IMG/VR virus record: IMGVR_UViG_3300037189_006220
Location: 56,519 to 120,518 of that record
Source of the DNA: a virus
Strand: one strand, 5' to 3'
DNA length: 64,000 nucleotides
Shown: one piece after another, positions 57,001-64,000 of the stretch
How positions within the stretch are numbered: position 1 is the first letter of the stretch
How the letters are laid out: each line of letters begins with the position of its first letter
The notes under the pieces: generated by a model
Told to the model about the DNA's origin: nothing
Seen by the model: the letters and a program-made list of their open reading frames with translations, nothing else
The model's database searches: none
Position numbers and translations under genes: made by a program

Positions 57001-58047
57001 AGATTTAGTCAGATTCTTGAATGGGTCTTGACCACTTGCTGTAGCAGCTTGGCGACGCGCCTCAGCTAGAGCCTCTTGCGCTTTAATCTCTGCTTCGATA
57101 CCATCACGAACAGTACGTGACTTTTCTTGCTCTGCTTCGGATAGTGCCTTAGTAGCAGAGATAACAGTATCAGTACCAGCAACACCAACCTTAGCTAGGC
57201 GGTCTTGCTCTTTGCTGAGGTCAGCAGATTTGTCTTTAGCTCGTCTGTAGTTTAGGTCGGCTTCTCGGTAAGCCAATTCCGCTTCCTTGCGGGCACGAGA
57301 GTTAGGTGGAAGGTCTTGAACTTGAGCAAGAGCAGTACGGGCATCTTGCAAGGCAAGTGCTGCCTTCTGCTCAGATAGCGCTGCATCTTCAGCATCAAAT
57401 CCAAGTTGCTGAATTTCTTCTCGTCCAGCTTTGTAGGCTTTATTTAGGTTAATTTGTGCGTCTCGAACAGCATTATTAGCTTTGACAATGCTTTCGGCAT
57501 TACGTTGCATTGTTAGAGCAAGCTCACGCTCTGCATCACGAATACGCTTCTGCTCGGAAATTCGTTGCTGTGCTGTCTTACCGCCACTATTAAGTTTTCC
57601 TAGAGCAGCGCCCACACCACTTAAAGCCAGCTTAGCCGCAGCCATACCAGAACCAAAGGCAACAAAAATATTACCCAAGACTGCAATAGATGCGCCAGCT
57701 CCTCCAGCTACACCAATAAGTGCACCTAGACCGCCACCTACGGCACCTAGGCTACCTACCAGTGCTCCCAATGCAGACTGAACAGTGTATCCAGTGCGTA
57801 CTAGAGTGTGGAAGCCCTGAGCTGCTTTAAGTGCCTTAGGCTCAAGGACACCAATCTTATCCCCGAAATCCTTAAATACCGTGCTACCAGAGCTAGACTT
57901 ACTGAGTTCTTTATTTAGGCTCGTTCCAATACTACGACCAGCTTCGGCTCCAGCTTTTTCTGCGCCGTTGAACCCGCTACGAATATCGCTCTCAACCTTA
58001 GTTGTAATAGCGCGAACAATAATCTCAGCTTGACCGACGATTGCCAA
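54034..58047 (-). CDS. tape measure protein
   Basis: 1337 aa Ala/Gly-rich helical protein; D.VPAMLS.GEYV.N motif. Confidence 0.92.
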   Translation of the reverse strand: MAIVGQAEIIVRAITTKVESDIRSGFNGAEKAGAEAGRSIGTSLNKELSKSSSGSTVFKDFGDKIGVLEPKALKAAQGFHTLVRTGYTVQSALGALVGSLGAVGGGLGALIGVAGGAGASIAVLGNIFVAFGSGMAAAKLALSGVGAALGKLNSGGKTAQQRISEQKRIRDAERELALTMQRNAESIVKANNAVRDAQINLNKAYKAGREEIQQLGFDAEDAALSEQKAALALQDARTALAQVQDLPPNSRARKEAELAYREADLNYRRAKDKSADLSKEQDRLAKVGVAGTDTVISATKALSEAEQEKSRTVRDGIEAEIKAQEALAEARRQAATASGQDPFKNLTKSQIEFVKHLYAMKPLFKDLQESVAHAFLTPLTDAIDLLATKAFPVLKTGLTEVGGAMGGAAKAIAQALTSSENLGKLGSIFTSSAGLLSTFGRTAAVMLGNSLTLLQAVAPLAQRFATFLEKQSNAFKSFLDTKSASGELQKFFTTAGDLMARLGHAFGNIFGGLGHMIQANIGPGSGGDIMLQWIEKATAGFKNIPVGFMANYFQAASKNLTEILDTLNIVIHAIMAAGASPAIGQFWQILESGAATFRNVVMESVKTAPVLAILVNRLMEMLAVFADSGSIIAFFNALGFVAAGVESVVKAIGPLLNVLGPVFATISAFGLVFKLASSAVLIFKGIIGQVLKPLVALEAWAIKNTAASAKETAATASLAASKQALAMATLRLNVAKAQEAVASTEVALADAEQYAAEAFMTGTKAELVAATEALAVAQGENAVAVGGLAVANDALTVSEAAAEVGAIGMGAAIWGALAPLLPIILPLAAIIGGIFAVISINQQNLDKAVTATTEDLKNGTSATKAWGDALLSIPDSPIKDSLKDVEGVHKALGEVKTRTGEWAQETTNAGKKTGNVYAAGRAGLAHYHTALSELHKAWGAYGDSLANVAATDLPTAENGFKKLMISQELSTAQQIDALDNMPKYKTALEEQATALGVVITNQDGSINKEKELAFARGDGAVAVMRQVDSLVALAQGSGAATAQLSKVGEVVDGHTTTVADFQASLKAKNKAFMEEMANDATLAAMGVSTETIKVLEQGGLTSAEIIKQVKAGNSSLLEEAQKSATQMSANYGPALASIAADGVTTPLEAAAQAALDKGQITIDQFLNTTGNKIAGYTPPVIDIKPGTKEFDKLPKTVQDAIKSANTTVKVGVQSAEKKGHIKIGVFDVPFEFSGFKNGGFIKALANGGFISGAGGPRDDRVPAMLSAGEYVMNSAATQRYLPLLNQLNNGSATFTSNTPAQAPTINISVHPSPGMSETELASAVSRELAFQMRKGSV

Positions 58048-58082
58048 AAGAACTCACCTCCTAAAAACTCTATATACTAATT

Positions 58083-58526
58083 CTACCCGAGTGGCGAGTC
58101 AAGGATATTACCGAATGGTTGGGAACTACTGGGGTCAAACTTTGTCGGTGGTACATATGGAGCAGCTGGAGCACTCTTTGGATTAAATACCTTGACTTCT
58201 GACAATCCGTCATCGTCATCTTCTAATCCGTACTGTTCAGCTACACTCTCATATGTATTTTGAGCGGTAGGTGATTTATGGGAAGAATATAAATAGTCTT
58301 GCCCATAAAGATTTTGATACAGACTTTCCCGCATCATACTCTTTCTATCCGACTCCTCGCCAGTAGTAAACTTGAAGTCTTCTTCGAAGTAGTAGTGCAA
58401 CACATCAAGCATGTCACTACACTCCATCGAGGCTAAATCAATGTGATTGGCTAGAGCCTTACCATTGACATAGTGCCAGAGGTCGATAGCCCACCTAATT
58501 AAGCCTCTGGCTGCTCTTCCGGGCGG
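58083..58526 (-). CDS. tail assembly chaperone C-terminal (frameshift) ORF
   Basis: -1 frame open from 58526 across the upstream stop, between chaperone and tape measure. Confidence 0.65.
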   Translation of the reverse strand, partial: PPGRAARGLIRWAIDLWHYVNGKALANHIDLASMECSDMLDVLHYYFEEDFKFTTGEESDRKSMMRESLYQNLYGQDYLYSSHKSPTAQNTYESVAEQYGLEDDDDGLSEVKVFNPKSAPAAPYVPPTKFDPSSSQPFGNILDSPLG

Positions 58527-58837
58527 TCACCGTACTCAGTGATGAGCCAGCCAACAATCTCACTAAGGGTCTCAACTGTGACAATTTTATCTTTGTCATT
58601 AACAAGAGCCTCAAAGCGTGTATAGCTTTCATCCTTAAGAACCTGCTTAAAGAAGTTGACGATAACCTTTGCCGCAGCACCCGGCTCGTCTGAGGAACTT
58701 TCCAAAACAAGGTTCAGCATTGTAGTTCCTTGAATCTGAGGAACGCACTCAAACTCTTCATCATAGAGCTTGAAACTCAGTGGCTCGGGAGTAGAGGCAG
58801 TACCCTTACCGAAGTCCTTAAATCGATTTTTAGTCAT
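58499..58837 (-). CDS. tail assembly chaperone
   Basis: Position; F.L....F.C..I.WL...Y..RP. Confidence 0.78.
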   Translation of the reverse strand: MTKNRFKDFGKGTASTPEPLSFKLYDEEFECVPQIQGTTMLNLVLESSSDEPGAAAKVIVNFFKQVLKDESYTRFEALVNDKDKIVTVETLSEIVGWLITEYGDRPEEQPEA

Positions 58838-58889
58838 TGTTTTCTTTCTGTGTCGGTTGTCGTGAGAATTTATCTCTAGCTATATTCTA

Positions 58890-59297
58890 CTATACTAAAG
58901 CTAGATAGAGGTTGTCTGAGAGATATCTATTTGGGCGTGTTCCGGGGTGCATAACTTCACGCGTATAGATGATGCGAGAGCCTGAAGTAAACCTCAACAT
59001 ATGAGGACCTTTAGGAGTAATCTTGTGAGGCTTACTACCCTCATGGTGTACTAGCGCATAGTTAACATCAGAGCCAACGCTAAAGTATGACCTACCAGTT
59101 ACACGGTAGTGTTTAGCTCGGAGAGACATTCTTAGTTTGTAAGTCTTGTGTCCAACTTGAGCGCGAGCAGCTATAAGAATCCTGTCTACACGCTTTTTAA
59201 TACTCTGCTGTACCTGACCCTGCTCACCATCAAGGAACTCAGCCAACTCTGGCTTATAGATAGTTAGCTTTCCAAAACTATATGTATAGCTAGTCAT
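58890..59297 (-). CDS. HK97 gp10-like tail completion protein
   Basis: YA..HHEG..PH.I..V.HPGT..N.YL. Confidence 0.75.
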   Translation of the reverse strand: MTSYTYSFGKLTIYKPELAEFLDGEQGQVQQSIKKRVDRILIAARAQVGHKTYKLRMSLRAKHYRVTGRSYFSVGSDVNYALVHHEGSKPHKITPKGPHMLRFTSGSRIIYTREVMHPGTRPNRYLSDNLYLALV

Positions 59298-59806
59298 TAT
59301 GGAATCACCATCGTTACCTGCATATTTACAGTCTGAAATCCACCCTGAGGGTCTGGAACATTTACTGTAGCGATTACGCCAGGACCAGAGATGTAGTCAT
59401 CGTCCCACTGGTCGAGTAGTCGTAGTGAGTCAAGAAGTACCCATGAGTCTACAGCTGAAACTCCAGCAGCCTTCTGGATTGAGTCTCCAGAAGGTGCTTT
59501 ACCATTTGGTCCAACAACAGGAATAGAGCGAGTAAGTGAGATTGTCATAACAGCACTCTTAGGCATATTGCACTTCTGTGGGCGAGAAGCTTCATCACCC
59601 GGCAAACCCATGTATGCCTGAACAAAAGAAACTACAAGCTGTTCACAGTCCTCGGCAGGAGTCCCCATTGTCCAATAGCGACGCATGGGAAGCGGAACAC
59701 CATAAGACTCATAAATAGAAACGACACGGGCAAGCACACCATCAAGAAGGTTCTTGAGGTGAAATGCTCCTTCGTCTACTGCAAAGTTGTCTAGATTTGA
59801 TGCCAT
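59297..59806 (-). CDS. tail terminator-like protein
   Basis: Synteny; DC.QL.V, PQGG. Confidence 0.6.
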   Translation of the reverse strand: MASNLDNFAVDEGAFHLKNLLDGVLARVVSIYESYGVPLPMRRYWTMGTPAEDCEQLVVSFVQAYMGLPGDEASRPQKCNMPKSAVMTISLTRSIPVVGPNGKAPSGDSIQKAAGVSAVDSWVLLDSLRLLDQWDDDYISGPGVIATVNVPDPQGGFQTVNMQVTMVIP

Positions 59807-59826
59807 GTCACTACCTTATCAGATTA

Positions 59827-60894
59827 TTATTGAACAATATTGATAGCCAAGTTGCCTGAAACAACCTGAGCTGTAGTACCGTTCTTTGTTGCGTACAAGT
59901 CCCATGTCCCCGGGTCAACCATTCCAAGTACACCAAATGCGTCAGAGTATGGTACCGAGAGTGTAATATCTGTAGAAGTTAGGTGTACTGAGGTGGCATC
60001 CATCGTTTTAGTATGTGATGAAGCCCAGCTACGAATAATAAACTGGAGTGTCCAGCCTGACTCGCTTGCAAGATATTCCGCATTAACACTTGCAAGAGAA
60101 ATAGTTACTGTCCCGGTAGTAGCTTTGTGCACCACGATGTCTCGGGGGCTGGAGACATAAACCGAACTCTTACGAGTATAGCGACGAGCCTTGGGCATGT
60201 CAGGTGAGAATACCTTAGAGCGCTTACGAGCTTTATCTGGGTTAATAGCCTTGAGGAACAGGTCAACCTCATAGATACCAGTACGCATTTCATCGATAAA
60301 CTCTTGGCTATCAATGATTGTGTAGGATACACCCTGACGGTTTACTGATGTAACACGCTCGGGGAGGGCGCAGTCATCTGAGCCAGACCAAAGCTTGATG
60401 TACTCAAGAGCAAGACGGCGAGCAGCCATACGACCAGCAATCGGAGGAAGAACTCCGTAGCTATAAGAGATTTCAATATCAGCAGGTACGATAAGCGCAC
60501 CCTCAGAAAACTGAAGAGTTGAGTGGTCAACAATGTAGTACGAGTCCGGGGAGACGATTACGCCTGAACCTACGTTACGCACCGTGTGAATCTGAGTAAC
60601 AGGCTGACCACGCAAACGAATACGGGTCTCAGCCGAAACCCACGGCTCAACAATCTGAAGTGCCTTATTAACTCGTGAGTTAAGAACTGCAGCCTCTTGT
60701 AGGAGACGAGTATTAATAAGAGGAGAGAATCGCACATAACGCTCTGTTACCGTGGCGGTACCCGAATACTTACGACCAGACATTGCCCACAGCATTTGTG
60801 AAGCAAGTTGGATAGCATCTTCGGCGTACTCTGAATCCTCCCACTGTGACCCAAGGTCAGATGGTTGAATCCACATATGTTGTGAAACGGTCAT
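59827..60894 (-). CDS. head-to-tail adaptor
   Basis: A..LWA.SGR, Y.YG..PP, C.LP.RV.S..RQGV, TG..EVD. Confidence 0.8.
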   Translation of the reverse strand: MTVSQHMWIQPSDLGSQWEDSEYAEDAIQLASQMLWAMSGRKYSGTATVTERYVRFSPLINTRLLQEAAVLNSRVNKALQIVEPWVSAETRIRLRGQPVTQIHTVRNVGSGVIVSPDSYYIVDHSTLQFSEGALIVPADIEISYSYGVLPPIAGRMAARRLALEYIKLWSGSDDCALPERVTSVNRQGVSYTIIDSQEFIDEMRTGIYEVDLFLKAINPDKARKRSKVFSPDMPKARRYTRKSSVYVSSPRDIVVHKATTGTVTISLASVNAEYLASESGWTLQFIIRSWASSHTKTMDATSVHLTSTDITLSVPYSDAFGVLGMVDPGTWDLYATKNGTTAQVVSGNLAINIVQ

Positions 60895-60910
60895 TATGCT
60901 CTCCTAAAGA

Positions 60911-60945
60911 AGACGGGTGACATACACTCGGTATGCCACCCGTCT
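60911..60945 (-). terminator. stem-loop after major tail gene
   Basis: AGACGGGTG/CACCCGTCT. Confidence 0.6.
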
Positions 60946-60964
60946 ACCGACTCAGTGAATCAGA

Positions 60965-62071
60965 TTATGCAGTTGGGTCTACAGCCGAACCAACAATGTA
61001 GTCTGATGGGAGGTCAGGGTTGTAGTTCTTAGCACCCGGTACGTTGAACGATGTAGTCGTTGTAACGGTTGTACCATCAGTTGTAACTGATACTGTCGTG
61101 TTAGCGTCAGGAAGAGTTCCAACCTCACGGCTACCAGCAGGGATAGATGCTGTAGGCGCGGTACCAGTTGCTGTAGCTTCTGTTACTGAAGCAGTTCCAG
61201 CAGTGTTAGCCACTGTAAATGCTGTAGAAGTAAGACCTGAAGCAAGAACAGTAAAGGTTCCGTTGAACGAGTTGGTGTCGTTTGTTACACCAGCAATTGT
61301 CACAGTGTCACCAATCTGGAATCCGTGTGCATCAGCAGTTGTGATAGTAGCAATACCAGCTGCACGAGCAACCTTTGCAACAGTCTTTGTAACTGTTGGG
61401 TGCCATGTGTAGAAGCCCTTGCGACCATTAGGTGCCCAGCTGTCACGAGCGTATGAGTAGGGACGCTCTGAGGCAACAGGGAACTCCCAGCGACCATCAG
61501 GACCTGTCGAGTACAGGATGTTACCAAGACCGTAGCCTTGGAATGTGTTAGCGAGAACGCCGTTCTCAATAACGCGGTCACCTGACTGACGAAGCTTGAC
61601 GTAGGGGAATACCCACTTGAAGTAAGGAAGCGTTCCAGCCTTCTTACCGTCCTTGATAGCGAGTGACCAAACCTCAAGAGCAACACCGTTACCCTGTGGG
61701 TAGTCACCAACATTGGGAGCTGCCCAACCGATGGACTGCTTGTTTGGTGAGCTGAATGTTCCAAGGTTCTTACGGAGAAGCAGACCACCAGCGATGAGGT
61801 TTGTAAGCTCAGGGTCTGGCTCACAAATAGCAAGTTCCATTGTGATGCGCTTCAGTGTGTCGGGAGCCTTGTAAGAAACGCAAATTGCGCCACTAGCCGA
61901 CTTTTCTGTGATTTCGTCGCCCTCTTCGTATTCCGGTGTGAATGAAACACGCATGAAAGCTGATGTTGTGTAGCTGTCACCAGCACCGTTGAGGAGGTTT
62001 CCGTTTGCGTCGAGTCGGGTAACGCGAATGGAAACACCCTGAATGCTGGCTGCATAGTCTTGAGTAGCCAT
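60965..62071 (-). CDS. major tail protein with C-terminal decoration domain
   Basis: RVTRLD..G, E.G.EI..K.A.G..C; biased codon use. Confidence 0.85.
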   Translation of the reverse strand: MATQDYAASIQGVSIRVTRLDANGNLLNGAGDSYTTSAFMRVSFTPEYEEGDEITEKSASGAICVSYKAPDTLKRITMELAICEPDPELTNLIAGGLLLRKNLGTFSSPNKQSIGWAAPNVGDYPQGNGVALEVWSLAIKDGKKAGTLPYFKWVFPYVKLRQSGDRVIENGVLANTFQGYGLGNILYSTGPDGRWEFPVASERPYSYARDSWAPNGRKGFYTWHPTVTKTVAKVARAAGIATITTADAHGFQIGDTVTIAGVTNDTNSFNGTFTVLASGLTSTAFTVANTAGTASVTEATATGTAPTASIPAGSREVGTLPDANTTVSVTTDGTTVTTTTSFNVPGAKNYNPDLPSDYIVGSAVDPTA

Positions 62072-62112
62072 TGAGCTATTCTCCTTAGGTTGTTATGGTT
62101 TAATTATACAGT

Positions 62113-63219
62113 CTAGACCGTAAGGTCTACTTTAATTGCGAGGTGGATTGAAGGGTCAAAGTACGCAACAGCAGCTCGCGTAGCCTTAATCTTCATGTCA
62201 TTCTTGTTTCCCGACACGTCGTAACCTTGTGCCAAGTTTTCGTTTACAACTGTTGCCTCGCCAAGAAGCACGTCGCATCGACCAGTTGCGTAAATCCACT
62301 TTGTGTTGTCGTCACCTTGCATCTGAACATTTCCAGCAAGAGCGGATGATGAGCGGTTAGCAACACCAGTCATTGTGAGAGTGAAAGTAGTTGTGTTAGT
62401 TACAGATGCAACAACCCATGTACCATCATAAGCAGTTCCACCCGCATCAGTGACTAGAGATACTGTTTCGCCAACCTTAAGGTAGTGGGGGTCTGTTGTG
62501 ACAACAGTGCCTACACCTGATGCTACTGCCAAAGTAGAGATAAGACGGTGAGGACCATCTCCAGAGTAGCCTGAACCAATGATGACCTGTGTACCTGTGG
62601 CAGTCTGCATGTGCTGCTTGTCCTTGTTGTCCATGAACAAGTTGTTATTGCTTGTCATAAGAACAAAGATATCGCGAGTGAGGTGAACAACACCGTGCTC
62701 GCCAGCAGCTGACATTTCACCCGTATAGTGCTCAAGAAGAGAAAGGGCGCGACGGGCATTGTAGGGGGTTCCGTGCGCAGCTTCATTATGAATAACAGTC
62801 ACGCCGGGGCTTGACAGGAACGGATTAGTGAGACCCTTAGCAAGAGCAATCTCACCATTCCATAGCTCATACTCAAGAGCCTTCTGAGAAGTGCCCTCAA
62901 GCTGACGAAGGACACGAGCAAATCGGTCTTCACCGTTAAGACCAAGTGTCGAACGCTGGTCTTCTACCTCAAGAAAGATAGGGGTAAGTTTTGTGTAGAG
63001 AGGAGAAGCCGGGTCTGACTTAACAGTATAAGAAGTCGAAGATGTCTCATCCCAAGCACGAACATAGTTGGGTCGAGTTTCGTATAGCTGAGAGAATCCA
63101 CGAATCCATTTCTCATCAGCTCCTGCTCCCTTGAGGGAAGAGTTAGGCTTGGCAACAGCAAACAGACCGAACTCTGTTGGTTCGAGGTCTGGTGCGGGGA
63201 AGACTCCATCAAAAGCCAT
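62113..63219 (-). CDS. second capsid protein (putative pentamer)
   Basis: GLF..A, E..LE.ELW, G..H, GT..I.G.GY, WIYATG; directly after major capsid. Confidence 0.6.
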   Translation of the reverse strand: MAFDGVFPAPDLEPTEFGLFAVAKPNSSLKGAGADEKWIRGFSQLYETRPNYVRAWDETSSTSYTVKSDPASPLYTKLTPIFLEVEDQRSTLGLNGEDRFARVLRQLEGTSQKALEYELWNGEIALAKGLTNPFLSSPGVTVIHNEAAHGTPYNARRALSLLEHYTGEMSAAGEHGVVHLTRDIFVLMTSNNNLFMDNKDKQHMQTATGTQVIIGSGYSGDGPHRLISTLAVASGVGTVVTTDPHYLKVGETVSLVTDAGGTAYDGTWVVASVTNTTTFTLTMTGVANRSSSALAGNVQMQGDDNTKWIYATGRCDVLLGEATVVNENLAQGYDVSGNKNDMKIKATRAAVAYFDPSIHLAIKVDLTV

Positions 63220-63268
63220 TAGTAAAAGTCCTAACTAGAAGTTTATGTATATGTGTTTGGTGGGTGCA

Positions 63269-63288
63269 GGTGGGGCCGAAGCCCCACC
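63269..63288 (-). terminator. UUCG stem-loop after major capsid
   Basis: GGTGGGGC-CGAA-GCCCCACC. Confidence 0.55.
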
Positions 63289-63318
63289 CACACTCATCAA
63301 TGTGTTTCAGTTGAGTTT

Positions 63319-63999
63319 TTAGTACTCAATTGCGGCAGCTGTAGCGCCACCAGTTGTGTCGCGGAGAGCCGCAGCTACACCGTTGACGTTAATCGTCGAT
63401 GTAATCTTGAGCGACTCTGTACCAACGAATGCAACACCCTCGAATGTTTCAACGAACATCTTGTAGTCGTTCGTTCCAACGAGACCCGAGTCACGGATGA
63501 TACCGAGGTCAAGAGTACCGCCATCAAGGAAGATGAACGAACCCTCAGCGAAGAGGTACCATGTGAATGTGTCGGGGAACTCAACGAGAGCTGCGCCTGA
63601 ACCTGACTGCGATGCAAACAGGTCTGAGTCAAGTGACTCTACGAGCGATACGTTTGCCGAAGCAAGGTAACCGTTGATTTCGTTGATGCCAAGACCGATG
63701 GTGTTGTCACCGGGCATTGACAGGGTGAGGTCAGCACCCATAGCCTGAACGACCCATGAAGGGACGATGGCACGGAGCTGTGTGGTTGGGTCAACACGGT
63801 GACGCGAGCGGTAAGCAGCTGACGCACGACGAATCTGAACGAGGAAGTCACGACCAACACCGATGAGCGATGAGGTTGTAACAGCTGTCGAAGCGTTACC
63901 GATACGAGTCAGAATGTTCTGCTCTGCCTCACGAGCGTGCTGGATAAGACCAAGCTCGTTGTGGCGAGCGAGAAGCTCTGGGTACGCACGCGAGAACAG
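63319..63999 (-). CDS. major capsid protein (5' partial)
   Basis: Frame open to window edge; YPEL, LDGGTLDLGIIRDS...NDY..F.ETFE motif. Confidence 0.85.
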   Translation of the reverse strand: MFSRAYPELLARHNELGLIQHAREAEQNILTRIGNASTAVTTSSLIGVGRDFLVQIRRASAAYRSRHRVDPTTQLRAIVPSWVVQAMGADLTLSMPGDNTIGLGINEINGYLASANVSLVESLDSDLFASQSGSGAALVEFPDTFTWYLFAEGSFIFLDGGTLDLGIIRDSGLVGTNDYKMFVETFEGVAFVGTESLKITSTINVNGVAAALRDTTGGATAAAIEY

Positions 64000-64000
64000 G

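Noticed and set aside
16485-61412. Many Val/Pro/Ala-rich plus-strand ORFs (e.g. 24163-24948, 55760-56296)
   Set aside because: Antisense shadows of Thr/Gly/Ser-rich structural genes.

Overview
This is a 64-kb slice of a tailed dsDNA phage (siphovirus-like, roughly 45% GC by eye). Two WhiB genes, an r1t-type holin, an M15 endolysin and many leaderless TANNNT promoters point to an actinobacterial host. Layout: (1) 1-9 kb accessory/nucleotide genes (Mom-like modifier, dCMP deaminase, WhiB, glycosidase-like propeller, RNR locus, NlpC/P60); (2) 9-13.3 kb Pnk, ThyX, FkbM methyltransferase, 8 tRNAs and a tRNA-like ncRNA; (3) 13.4-27.4 kb lysis genes and a large tail-fibre/adhesin array; (4) 27.5-41 kb replication module (prim-pol/D5 helicase, SSB-like, Sak4-like ATPase, Cas4-like nuclease, SNF2 helicase, RuvC-like, PolA); (5) 41-64 kb baseplate, tape measure, tail and capsid genes. 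Most notable: (a) an RNR locus with no nrdA in the window, made of a stand-alone 27-aa CxxC NrdA-tail peptide, a free-standing RIR1-type intein lacking its splicing and nuclease catalytic residues, and a class Ic-type NrdB; (b) a distal tail protein apparently split over two genes and built from nested half-domains; (c) a ~160-nt tRNA-like RNA. All family assignments come from motif recognition, not database searches.
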